This document shows, one piece after another, positions 7,763 to 16,533 of a DNA stretch of 32,000 nt. The notes under the pieces are model-generated. The model made no database searches and was not told the DNA's origin. It saw nothing but the letters and a program-made list of their open reading frames with translations. Each line of letters begins with the position of its first letter. The stretch's first letter is position 1. Both the position numbers and the translations under genes were made by a program. This DNA is from Vibrio cholerae ATCC 14035. GTDB taxonomy: Bacteria; Pseudomonadota; Gammaproteobacteria; Enterobacterales; Vibrionaceae. Location: NCBI RefSeq assembly GCF_000621645.1, contig NZ_JHXR01000002.1, positions 150,001-182,000 on the forward strand, in the 5' to 3' direction.

Positions 7763-9337
7763 TTATTGTTGGCTCAGCTTAGTAAAGCGCAGGTTGAGCA
7801 GCGCTAACGCGCCCACCAGCAAGAAGATCAGCGTCGCAATCGCACTCGCCAAACCAAAGTCCTGACCACCTGTACCTTCAAACGCAATGCGGTAGGTGTA
7901 ACTCACCAAGAGGTCGGTGTAACCCGCAGGCTCAGAAGTGCCGATCCGGTTTGGCCCACCTTGCGTCAAGAGTTGAATCATTACGAAGTTGTTGAAGTTA
8001 AAAGCAAAGCTGGCAATCAGCAACGGCGTCAGCGGTTTGATCATCATCGGCAGAGTGATTTTGGTGAAGTTATGAATGAAATTTGCTCCATCGATCGCTG
8101 ATGCTTCATACAGATCATCGGGAATCGCTTTCAGTAGGCCCATACATAAAATCATCATGTAAGGAAAGCCCAGCCAAGTATTGACGATCAGCACCATGGT
8201 TTTCGCCAACAGCGGATCCGAGAACCAAGCGGGACTGAGGCCAAACAAACCGTTGAGCACCATGTTGATCTCACCAAAACTCTGGTTGAACAGGCCACGG
8301 AAAATCAAAATCGAGATAAAGGCAGGAACGGCATAAGGCAAGATCAGCAGTACACGATAAACCGCACGACCTTTCAACGCTTCCCACTGCACTACGCTGG
8401 CTAATACAAGGCCAATCATCAGGGTGAAAATCACCGTCAGTACTGAAAAGATGACCGTCCAGATAAAGATATTGATAAACGGCTCTTTGATGCCTTCGTC
8501 TTTCCATACTCGCTCAAAGTTATGGGTACCAATCGACACCACAAATCCTGGTGAGACTCGCTCACCGACAAATTCGCCGCTCTCATTGATAGGTTGATAA
8601 AAACCAATCTCCATATTGGGGCGCAACACCTGACCGGATTGATTGTTGGTGAGTGTTTCACCATCATCCTGCAAGGTATAGAGTGGTTTCACCGCAGCAA
8701 ATTTGCGCAGGCCACTCATTCGAATGTCTTCACCATCAGGGAAATGCAGATCGATACCACTCAATTCGGTGCGATACCCGATGATGGTTTTAATCGGCTC
8801 TACTTCACCGTCAATACCGCCAATCACTTCAAGATTAAGATCGGTCGGTACGTTACCACTGAGCGAAAAAGGCGCGGTCGCCAAACGCTCATCTCCGTCC
8901 TCAATCAATAAGCGGTAGCCTTGCTCGGTTTTATAAAGTTGGAAGGCATAACTTTCACCACTTTGGAAAGTTTGATCCATCAACACTGACTGTGCGCGTT
9001 CAAGAGTGAGTTGGTTTTTCGCGCTGTAGTTTGTAAAAGCAAGACCAACGGTGTAAGCCAGTGGAAACAGAATAAAGAGGATCATCCCTGCAATGCCGGG
9101 ATAAATGTAACGGTGCGCGTACGTTTTACGACTTCCGAAGATATACAGCGCTAATGTGGTAAGGATCAGGGTCAGCAATGCAAACGCCACCTCCCCACGA
9201 GAATACATAAGAATGGTTGCGTAGCCATTCACGATACCTACCGCGCCAAGTACTGCCCATTTTAAAAATGCACGTTTGTCGGCTGGACGTACCGCAGTTG
9301 GATCGGACATAGCCTGTGTACCTTGAACTGACTGCAT
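7763..9337 (-). CDS. malF: Maltose/maltodextrin ABC transporter permease MalF
   Basis: 524 aa with a large periplasmic P2 loop and the EAA motif ([10 protein letters not shown]). It is colinear with E. coli MalF. An alternative start lies at 9310. Confidence 0.95.
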
Positions 9338-9371
9338 AAAGAACCTGCTAGCGTGTTGTTACCAAGAAATG

Positions 9372-9396
9372 TGGAGGGGGAAAGTTACCCCCTCCA
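9372..9396 (-). other. GC-rich intercistronic hairpin between malE and malF
   Basis: TGGAGGGGG (9372-9380) pairs with CCCCCTCCA (9388-9396) around a 7-nt loop. It sits 16 nt downstream of the malE stop. Confidence 0.6.
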
Positions 9397-9411
9397 AGGT
9401 GTGACGATGGA

Positions 9412-10593
9412 TTATTTCGTCATCTGCTTTTCAGCATCAGCCAGAGCGGCATCCACGGTTTGACGACCATCAACGATGTTGATGATGGCGTTTTTCGCAG
9501 AGCTCCAAAACGCGTTCATTTGTGGAATGTTAGGCATAATTTCGCCGTTCATGGCGTTATCCATGGTCGCCGCAATGCGCGCATCCGCATCCAGTTCACG
9601 TTGGAAAGAGTTCAGCGCAACCGCACCTAATGGCTTATCGTTGTTTACCATGCGCAGACCATCGTTAGTCAGCAGATAGTTTTCGATGAATTCCACCGCC
9701 AGATCTTTATTTGGAGAAGCGGTGCTGATACCTGCGGTGAGAACGCCAACGAAAGGTTTTGACGCTTGACCGTTAAATTTAGGCAAAGTGGTCACACCGT
9801 AGTTGATGCCTGATTTCTCGATGTTGCCCCAAGACCATGGACCGTTGATGGTCATCGCGGTATTACCTTGGTTAAAGGCAGACTCAGACACTGAGTAATC
9901 CATATCTGGAGAGATCACGCCTTTATCCACAAGGCCTTTCACGAAGTTCATCGCGTCTTTTACGCCTTTATTGTTGATACCTGCGTCTTTCACATCATAG
10001 CCATCAACACCGTATTTGAATGCGTAACCGCCATCAGCCGCCATCAAAGGCCAAGTGAAGTAAGGCTCTTTCAGGTTCCACATGATGGCCGATTTGCCTT
10101 CTTTCTTCAGTTTGGCATCCAGCTCAGCGACTTCTTCCCAGCTTTTCGGTGGGTTAGGGACAAGGTCTTTGTTATAAATCAGTGATAACGATTCCACCGC
10201 AATTGGATAACCAATGATTTTGCCGTTGTATTTCACTGCATCCCATGCGAAATCTACGATGCCTTCTTGAATTTTTGCAGAAGGTTTGATTTCGACTAAT
10301 AGGCCAGCTTCCGCATAACCGCCAAAACGGTCGTGAGCCCAAAACACAATGTCAGGACCATCACCTGTTGCTGCGGTTTGTGGGAATTTATCTTGTAGCG
10401 CATCAGGATGAGCGACAGTAACTTTGATTCCGGTGTCGGCTTCAAACTTCTTACCGACTTCCGCCAAACCGTTATAGCCTTTATCACCATTGATCCAAAT
10501 AGTGAGTTGTCCTTCTTCAATAGCAGCATGGGCACCAAACGAACCAAGAGCCACCAGAGTGCTCAGCGCGACTGTGCTTAGGGCATTTTTCAT
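9412..10593 (-). CDS. malE: Maltose/maltodextrin-binding periplasmic protein MalE
   Basis: The ATG at 10593 has AAGGA 7 nt upstream. The signal peptide ends in AHA|AIEEGQL. The mature sequence is colinear with E. coli MBP ([20 protein letters not shown]...). Confidence 0.95.
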   Translation of the reverse strand: MKNALSTVALSTLVALGSFGAHAAIEEGQLTIWINGDKGYNGLAEVGKKFEADTGIKVTVAHPDALQDKFPQTAATGDGPDIVFWAHDRFGGYAEAGLLVEIKPSAKIQEGIVDFAWDAVKYNGKIIGYPIAVESLSLIYNKDLVPNPPKSWEEVAELDAKLKKEGKSAIMWNLKEPYFTWPLMAADGGYAFKYGVDGYDVKDAGINNKGVKDAMNFVKGLVDKGVISPDMDYSVSESAFNQGNTAMTINGPWSWGNIEKSGINYGVTTLPKFNGQASKPFVGVLTAGISTASPNKDLAVEFIENYLLTNDGLRMVNNDKPLGAVALNSFQRELDADARIAATMDNAMNGEIMPNIPQMNAFWSSAKNAIINIVDGRQTVDAALADAEKQMTK

Positions 10594-10681
10594 GTTCATA
10601 TCCTTTTCTTTTTGTGTTGTAGGGCTCACCAAGAGGTTTTGCCGTATTTCGCCATTTATGATCAGAAAAAAACGCGTTTAA

Positions 10682-10946
10682 CTCATCCTCCTAACCCCTA
10701 CGCCCTCGATATTATGGCGTATTTTCGTGATCTCTATCGTTTGATGTGAGCGAGCCAAATCACAAAAAACAGGATTGATGTGATCCTACTCAACTTATCC
10801 ACCCTCAATAATTTGAACTGGATCTAACTACGCCTTAGTGCCCCTCCTCCACCTCCTCCTCACCTACTCCCCCTATAAAAAAGCGGAAGAGGAGGATGTA
10901 CGATTTACCTCTTTCACAGAAACTAGCCTCATCCCAGAGAGGATGG
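10682..10946. promoter_or_regulatory. MalT-box cluster and CRP-like site of the divergent malE/malK control region
   Basis: Several matches to the E. coli MalT box GGGGA(T/G)GAGG: GGAGGATGAG (rc of 10682-10691), GGAGGATGTA (10891-10900), GGGATGAGG (rc of 10927-10935) and GAGGATGG (10939-10946). There are also two GGAGGA cores in the minus-strand purine tract (rc of 10841-10873). A CRP-like site, TGTGA-N6-TCAAC, lies at 10779-10794. Confidence 0.5.
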
Positions 10947-11086
10947 TAAGAGCCTTTCCAGTTTACGTGTTGTAACTGGTTCCACCGCCAAGTAGGTTGT
11001 CGATATAAAGTCATGTTTGTGGTGAAAGCGTTACGGGAGAGACATGGCTTTGTGTAGGGGGAAACAACCTACTTTTCGCGGCAGTC

Positions 11087-11130
11087 GGGTGAACGGCTTC
11101 ATAGCCGGAGCGTTCACCCTTTCTTTTCTT
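11087..11130 (+). terminator. Intrinsic terminator inside the malE-malK intergenic region, upstream of malK
   Basis: GGGTGAACG (11087-11095) pairs perfectly with CGTTCACCC (11111-11119), followed by TTTCTTTTCTT. There is no U-tract on the minus strand, so it is plus-strand specific. Confidence 0.7.
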
Positions 11131-11265
11131 ACCCAATAAGGCGGCGCTGCCAACGAAACCACTTGATGTGGTTCACCTTATCCAATTCCTACTGTTATTG
11201 CGTGCACAATAATTCATATAATGAGCCGCGATAACGATTAAAAATCTTGATCGAGGACGAGCTAG

Positions 11266-12387
11266 ATGGCGAGTGTCACGTTAAAAAATGTATGTAAAGC
11301 GTACGGCGATGTGCTGATTTCAAAGAATGTCGACTTAGAGATTCAAGAAGGCGAATTTGTGGTGTTCGTCGGTCCTTCAGGTTGTGGCAAATCCACACTG
11401 CTGCGCTGTATTGCGGGTTTGGAAGACATTACGTCCGGCGACTTGTATATCGGCGAACAGCGCATGAATGATGTCGAACCTTCCAAACGTGGTGTAGGCA
11501 TGGTTTTCCAATCCTACGCACTGTATCCGCACCTCAATCTGTATGACAACATGTCATTTGGTTTAAAACTATCGAAAGCCAACAAGAGCGAGATCAAAAA
11601 GCGCGTTGATCATGCGGCAGAAATTCTACAACTCAGCCATCTTCTGGATCGCCAACCTAAGGCGCTCTCTGGTGGTCAACGGCAACGTGTCGCCATCGGT
11701 CGTACTCTGGTTTCGCAGCCGAATGTGTTTTTGCTGGACGAACCCTTATCGAACCTAGATGCAGCTTTGCGCGTACAGATGCGCTCTGAAATCACTAAAC
11801 TGCAACGTAAACTAGGCTGCACCATGATTTACGTTACCCATGACCAAGTGGAAGCCATGACTATGGCGGACAAAATTGTGGTGTTGGATGCTGGATTCGT
11901 GTCTCAAGTCGGCAAACCACTCGAACTGTATCATTATCCACAAAACCGCTTTGTGGCCGGGTTTATTGGCTCGCCGAAAATGAACTTCATGAGCGTCTTC
12001 ATTGAAGGGGTAGAAAAAGATCGGGTACAGGTCCAGCTTTCTAACGGTACGACCTTCTGGATCCCTGTGGATGGCACTACCGTCACTCGTGGAGAACGCA
12101 TGTCGCTAGGCATTCGTCCTGAGCATCTGGTTGAAGCAGCATATGGTGATGCCAAAATCGAAGGCAAAGTGATGATTGTTGAAAAGTTGGGTAACGAAAC
12201 ACAGGTGTATATGAACCTGAAAGGTTCCGATTCTGATGTGATCTACCGTCAGCCAGACACACTCGATGTCGAAACCGGCGACACACTCACGATTGGCATT
12301 CCAGCGCATCGCTGCCATCTATTCCACAGTGACGGTCGTGCCTGCCGTCGCCTACACCAAGAAAAAGGTGTTGACCTTCCGGCTTAA
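11266..12387 (+). CDS. malK: Maltose/maltodextrin ABC transporter ATPase MalK
   Basis: Walker [10 protein letters not shown], signature LSGGQRQR, Walker [12 protein letters not shown], and a C-terminal regulatory domain. GAGGA SD 9 nt upstream. Confidence 0.97.
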   Translation: MASVTLKNVCKAYGDVLISKNVDLEIQEGEFVVFVGPSGCGKSTLLRCIAGLEDITSGDLYIGEQRMNDVEPSKRGVGMVFQSYALYPHLNLYDNMSFGLKLSKANKSEIKKRVDHAAEILQLSHLLDRQPKALSGGQRQRVAIGRTLVSQPNVFLLDEPLSNLDAALRVQMRSEITKLQRKLGCTMIYVTHDQVEAMTMADKIVVLDAGFVSQVGKPLELYHYPQNRFVAGFIGSPKMNFMSVFIEGVEKDRVQVQLSNGTTFWIPVDGTTVTRGERMSLGIRPEHLVEAAYGDAKIEGKVMIVEKLGNETQVYMNLKGSDSDVIYRQPDTLDVETGDTLTIGIPAHRCHLFHSDGRACRRLHQEKGVDLPA

Positions 12388-12407
12388 TACCTAGCCTTTG
12401 CTTGATT

Positions 12408-12436
12408 AGCCCTTTCATCTTGAAAGGGCTTTTTAT
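12408..12436 (+). terminator. Rho-independent terminator after malK
   Basis: AGCCCTTTCA-TCT-TGAAAGGGCT followed by TTTTT. malK is therefore monocistronic here, with no lamB/malM downstream. Confidence 0.85.
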
Positions 12437-12608
12437 AACCATCATCCATGCTTCTTATGTTCTCTGCTTCGACATTCATCGAATCGGTTCAACCCACTCA
12501 TTTTGCAATAAATTGATGTTATACCCCTTGTGAATAAGCCCTCTCTTCCTCTATGGTCTAAGAAGACCAACCGAGTCGAGAGACTCACAGCATCCTTTAG
12601 GTAAGAAT

Positions 12609-13130
12609 ATGAACAGTCAGTTAACGCTTAGAGCATTAGAACGCGGCGACTTACGCTTTATTCACAATCTCAATAACAACCGCAACATTATGTCCTACTG
12701 GTTTGAAGAGCCTTATGAATCCTTTGATGAACTCGAAGAGCTCTACAACAAACACATTCACGATAATGCTGAACGACGTTTTGTGGTTGAAGATGCACAA
12801 AAAAACTTGATTGGCCTCGTCGAGCTGATTGAGATTAACTACATCCATCGCAGCGCGGAATTTCAAATCATCATCGCTCCAGAGCATCAAGGCAAAGGCT
12901 TTGCGCGTACCTTAATCAACCGAGCTTTAGATTACTCCTTCACTATTCTCAATCTGCATAAGATTTATTTACACGTTGCCGTCGAGAACCCTAAAGCGGT
13001 GCATCTCTACGAAGAGTGCGGATTTGTAGAGGAAGGCCACTTAGTCGAGGAATTTTTCATCAACGGTCGTTACCAAGATGTTAAGAGGATGTATATACTG
13101 CAAAGTAAGTACTTAAATAGAAGCGAGTAA
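12609..13130 (+). CDS. speG: Spermidine N1-acetyltransferase SpeG (GNAT)
   Basis: 173 aa, colinear with E. coli SpeG (YWFEEPYE, RRFVVE, LVELIEINYIHRSAEFQIIIAPEHQGKG). Confidence 0.92.
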   Translation: MNSQLTLRALERGDLRFIHNLNNNRNIMSYWFEEPYESFDELEELYNKHIHDNAERRFVVEDAQKNLIGLVELIEINYIHRSAEFQIIIAPEHQGKGFARTLINRALDYSFTILNLHKIYLHVAVENPKAVHLYEECGFVEEGHLVEEFFINGRYQDVKRMYILQSKYLNRSE

Positions 13131-13134
13131 AGAC

Positions 13135-13380
13135 ATGGTTAGCTGCAGTCAATACGATTACATTGAACTGGCCTGTTTGTTTCATCTGCCAGTCAAATTA
13201 ACAATGAAAAGTGGTGAGGTGTATTACGGAGTCGCCGCCGACACTCAACGTAATAGTCAAAAGCAGGAGTGCATTGCGCTAAGAGGCGAAGAAGAAACTT
13301 GGCTCCTCGAAACTGATCAACTGAGTTCGATGGAAGCCTTAAGCGAACAACCCCATTTCTCTGTTATTCATTTCAAATAA
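13135..13380 (+). CDS. Rof (YaeO)-family Rho-binding antiterminator-like protein
   Basis: 81 aa. C-x2-YDYIELACLFHLPVKLTMKSGE aligns with my recollection of E. coli Rof, CDDYDNLELACQHHLMLTLELKDGE. It starts 4 nt after the speG stop. Confidence 0.65.
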   Translation: MVSCSQYDYIELACLFHLPVKLTMKSGEVYYGVAADTQRNSQKQECIALRGEEETWLLETDQLSSMEALSEQPHFSVIHFK

Positions 13381-13397
13381 ACCACGCTGAAGACAAC

Positions 13398-13435
13398 AAG
13401 GCCGCTCTAGAATGACGAGCGGCCTTGCGTTTTAC
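13398..13435 (+). terminator. Terminator after the speG-rof pair
   Basis: AAGGCCGCTC (13398-13407) pairs perfectly with GAGCGGCCTT (13417-13426), followed by GCGTTTTAC. Confidence 0.7.
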
Positions 13436-13517
13436 ATTTCAGCCAACTGACGCGCCACTTGATGCTATACACAAACTACTTGGAGTTGTAGGTGGGAAGG
13501 CGCTCTTTGAGAATGCG

Positions 13518-14126
13518 TTAGTTTGCAATATCCAGCTTATTACCGCTCACACCATTGGTTCGAAACCAGCCCGCGATACTGACGCGGTCCGCATGCGCTT
13601 CGAGCACTTCATGAGGGAATCGTTCCGAAAGAAATACCACCAGACGTCCCGCAACGGGCGCTAACGTTTCAATCCAGTTATCCTGCAAATCGTAGATTTT
13701 TAATTCGCCGCCATCGGCAGGAGTCCAATTTTCATTGAGATAAAACACCGTGGTTAATTTGCGGTTTTCATTACCGCGAAACGAGTCGAGATGTTTAAGG
13801 TAGAAATCACCGGCCTCGTATTTTGCAAAGTGCGCTTCATATTCAAACAGCCCAAGAAAAAAGTGGCGGTTCACTTCACACCGGATCTGCTCCATCCGCT
13901 CCAAATAGTCTTGAACAGGTTGCCCCATTGATAGATCAAGCCATTGGATTTTATCGCTCCGGATATCCGCAGCACGCTGAATCTCTTCGTTTCTACCAAT
14001 TTTTGCTCGTTTCCAACGTTCAGGAATGCACTCTCGTAGAGCTTGCACTTCTTGTGGGTTCAAAAAATCATCCCACACATACCAACCTCGGTCTGCAATT
14101 GCATCCATTAATCCATCTAACGCCAT
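13518..14126 (-). CDS. 2OG-Fe(II) oxygenase, prolyl-4-hydroxylase (PHD/SM-20)-like
   Basis: HLD (HxD) in YLKHLDSF, a distal His in RFPHEV, and Arg in RVSIAGWF form a typical P4H-type facial triad. I prefer the ATG at 14126 over the GTG at 14135. Confidence 0.75.
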   Translation of the reverse strand: MALDGLMDAIADRGWYVWDDFLNPQEVQALRECIPERWKRAKIGRNEEIQRAADIRSDKIQWLDLSMGQPVQDYLERMEQIRCEVNRHFFLGLFEYEAHFAKYEAGDFYLKHLDSFRGNENRKLTTVFYLNENWTPADGGELKIYDLQDNWIETLAPVAGRLVVFLSERFPHEVLEAHADRVSIAGWFRTNGVSGNKLDIAN

Positions 14127-14341
14127 GATTCTCACTACACGAACAATAAGAAGCGCGTTATATCTGGCCTACCACCAGTCAGCAATTCGAGTTATTAATC
14201 TCCAAGATCAATAATTCTGATGGAGGGATTGTGACTCAAATGATTCAAGCCTATCACGCAAAGAGATTGAGACAATAAGGGAACTTCGCCGCCATTGTGT
14301 AATCCAATCTGAACATCAAAAACATCCCTTGAGGAAATCCC

Positions 14342-14662
14342 ATGATTGTGACAACGACACCCAATATCGAAGGTAAACGCATCGTCCGTTACTGCGGAGT
14401 GATTGCAGGCGAAGCCATTCTTGGTGCTAACATTTTTAAAGATCTGTTTGCTGGGATCCGCGATATTGTGGGTGGACGCTCTGGCACTTATGAACGAGAG
14501 CTAGAAAAAGCGCGCGCCATCGCATTGGAAGAACTACAACAACACGCTGTGGCACTGGGTGCCAATGCCGTAGTCGGTATCGATTTAGATTATGAAACGT
14601 TTGGAAAAGCCAATGGCATGCTCATGGTGTCGGTCAGCGGTACTGCGGTTGTCGTCGAATAG
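14342..14662 (+). CDS. ybjQ: YbjQ-family (UPF0145) protein
   Basis: 106 aa; [14 protein letters not shown]...GGRSG.YE......A...L...[15 protein letters not shown] is the YbjQ signature. GAGGA SD. Confidence 0.85.
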   Translation: MIVTTTPNIEGKRIVRYCGVIAGEAILGANIFKDLFAGIRDIVGGRSGTYERELEKARAIALEELQQHAVALGANAVVGIDLDYETFGKANGMLMVSVSGTAVVVE

Positions 14663-14748
14663 TTAACCCGTATGCCTAACCGACTGATGTTTCAGGTACT
14701 CAGAAGGTAATTTCATCTTAATAAATCTAGAGAGATTTGAAAGGTTAA

Positions 14749-14775
14749 AATAAGGCAGTGTGGAACTGCCTTATT
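14749..14775 (-). terminator. Terminator downstream of vpsT (probably bidirectional with ybjQ)
   Basis: AATAAGGCAG (14749-14758) pairs with CTGCCTTATT (14766-14775). On the minus strand it is followed by TTTTAACCTTTC. Confidence 0.7.
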
Positions 14776-14828
14776 GGGGCGAATTTTAGCCTATTGAACT
14801 AAAACTCGAAGAGACATTACACAACGAA

Positions 14829-15503
14829 TTAAGAATTGACTTCCTCAATTCCAATATTATTTTTCGCCCAAATCAGTGCCTGCAAGCGATTTTTGGCATT
14901 AATTTTCTTAAAGACATTATGCAGATGTGTTTTTACTGTATTTTCACTCACAAAGAGTTTATCTGCAATTTCAATATTAGAAGCACCACTACCAAGTAAC
15001 TTGATAATCTGTTGTTCTCTTTTGGTTAATTTTGCGTACATTTGTGAGGTCACGACTGAGTTACCGGCACGATAATGGAGAATGTATTCTTGGGCCAGTT
15101 TACGCGTTAACCACATTTCATCTTGCAAAATTTTACTCATGCCTTTGATCAGGGTATCCATATCATCATCAATATAAAATACTCCAGCCAAATTATTCCA
15201 CTTAAAGAGCAGCTTATGCTCAATATCCTGCGGACAGTTTATGATGACCTCTTTCGCATCAGGACAACTGATGTGCTTAAACGAGCTGTAATCGGTCAAA
15301 ACATCATCAGAAATTCTAGAATAATCAATCACCAGCATCTGAATACTGCGACTTTCTGGTTTATTCTCTTCAAGCCAGAGCTCAGAAAATGGTGTAATTT
15401 CCAGCGCCAAAGGAAGTTTTGATTCTAACGCCTCTTTCAACAATCTGGATTGCATGCAAACATCAGAAAGCATTCTAACGTTTAGTTTGTTTTCATCTTT
15501 CAT
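14829..15503 (-). CDS. vpsT: VpsT, c-di-GMP-dependent LuxR/CsgD-family biofilm master regulator
   Basis: 224 aa with a receiver-like N-domain (D60 in LVID), the c-di-GMP motif W131-L-T-R134 (EMWLTRK) and a C-terminal LuxR HTH (IADKLFVSENTVKTHLHNVFKKI). Confidence 0.97.
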   Translation of the reverse strand: MKDENKLNVRMLSDVCMQSRLLKEALESKLPLALEITPFSELWLEENKPESRSIQMLVIDYSRISDDVLTDYSSFKHISCPDAKEVIINCPQDIEHKLLFKWNNLAGVFYIDDDMDTLIKGMSKILQDEMWLTRKLAQEYILHYRAGNSVVTSQMYAKLTKREQQIIKLLGSGASNIEIADKLFVSENTVKTHLHNVFKKINAKNRLQALIWAKNNIGIEEVNS

Positions 15504-16080
15504 TTCACCCCTCCTAACACATCAAGGCTAACATGGTTAAAACTAACGTTAAGAAGAGGGAAGTCAATGTTCAGAAAATAAGACAAACGTTTAATCAAGC
15601 GGAATCTGAAATTTAATCTGTACAATTCATAAGGTTAAGAAACCTTCTCAATATTAAGAATATCAATAGCTGTAAAATTATTTTTTAACACATATAAGCC
15701 AAGTTGCTTAATAAAAAGCCAATTTATACGCAAAAAGACTCTTATACATTTAATATTCGCCATAAAATAAGTTGAAACACTTACCACTCAATTTATTCAT
15801 AGCGTATCAAACTTAAAACAATAACTCATGAAAATAACCAATGAGTTAACAAAAAGCATTCATATTTTAGATGTTTTCTATGCGGGATATTGAGAAATTT
15901 CAATGAAAAAAATCAGCATCGTCATACAACCTATAACTCAAACGGTTTGACTTTGCTGGTAAACGGAAATAAGTGAATCACCAACGCATAGAAGAGCTCG
16001 ATATGTGTTTGCACACATTTGCGGTCAACACCACTACAGCGTCAAGTAAACAAAAGATAGCGCAATGAATCAGAAAAAGG

Positions 16081-16359
16081 CTAAGTGCGATAAAGCACTT
16101 TAACCACATGCCAACCAAATTTGGTTTTGACCAATTGTGGGGTTAGCACTTCACCTTGAAAGCAGGCTTTGTCGAAAGCAGGAACCATTTGGCCTTGACG
16201 AAATTCACCCAAGTCGCCGCCTTTTTTGCCTGATGGGCAAGTCGAATACTTCTTGGCGAGTACGTGAAACTTCGCCCCTTTCTTGAGTTGAGCCAAGATA
16301 TCATCGGCTTGCTCTTTGTGTTTCACCAAAATATGCAAAGCTGCTGCAGTGCGAGCCAT
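16081..16359 (-). CDS. ppiC: Parvulin-type peptidyl-prolyl cis-trans isomerase C
   Basis: 92 aa, [13 protein letters not shown]...[25 protein letters not shown]...[12 protein letters not shown], colinear with E. coli PpiC. AGGGGA SD. The track start at 16464 is an extension. Confidence 0.92.
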   Translation of the reverse strand: MARTAAALHILVKHKEQADDILAQLKKGAKFHVLAKKYSTCPSGKKGGDLGEFRQGQMVPAFDKACFQGEVLTPQLVKTKFGWHVVKVLYRT

Positions 16360-16455
16360 AATGTTTCCCCTATTTTGTCGAGCCGCGTAGTGTACTCGAT
16401 CAACAATAAATGTAAACGCATGGCTGAGATCAATACAAAACGGTCGAATATCGAC

Positions 16456-16483
16456 TAAATTCAAGCCATTCCGTTGCCGATAC
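16456..16483 (+). promoter_or_regulatory. Candidate sigma-28 (FliA) promoter for cheV
   Basis: CTAAAT (TAAA at 16456-16459) followed by GCCGATAC (16476-16483), compared with the consensus TAAA-N15-GCCGATAA. The spacing is one nt longer than the E. coli consensus. It lies about 50 nt upstream of the cheV ATG. Confidence 0.4.
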
Positions 16484-16533
16484 GGTAATTTCGTTTAGTA
16501 TAAGTAAGAGTCCGAACTGTTAAAGAAAATATT

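Noticed and set aside
8594-8911. Plus-strand ORFs inside malF, malG and malE (for example 8594..8911, 8703..8918, 7021..7257, 7471..7755, 9476..9679) and similar antisense ORFs inside most other genes.
   Set aside because: They lie entirely antisense to genes with unambiguous homology. They have no SD and low-complexity or odd composition, which is typical of shadow ORFs.
10745-10764. Perfect CRP half-sites TGTGA and TCACA in the mal control region.
   Set aside because: The half-sites are separated by 10 nt rather than the required 6, so this is not a canonical CRP site. The weaker TGTGA-N6-TCAAC at 10779-10794 has the right geometry and is reported instead.
11044-11139. 31-codon ORF (MALCRGKQPTFRGSRVNGFIAGAFTLSFLTQ) running through the intergenic terminator upstream of malK.
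   Set aside because: The SD-like GGAG is only about 4 nt from the ATG, the peptide has no recognisable features, and the sequence is better explained by RNA structure. It cannot be excluded as a leader peptide without ribosome profiling.
13425-13664. 79-aa plus-strand ORF beginning inside the speG-rof terminator.
   Set aside because: It starts within the terminator hairpin tail and is antisense to the 3' end of the prolyl-hydroxylase-like gene.
15903-15950. 15-codon ORF (MKKISIVIQPITQTV) in the vpsT upstream region.
   Set aside because: It is too short, has no SD, and lies in AT-rich sequence where such ORFs arise by chance.
16360-16464. N-terminal 35-codon extension of the ppiC ORF (track start 16464).
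   Set aside because: E. coli PpiC aligns from the [13 protein letters not shown] start at 16359, which has a good SD. The extension would cover the candidate cheV promoter.
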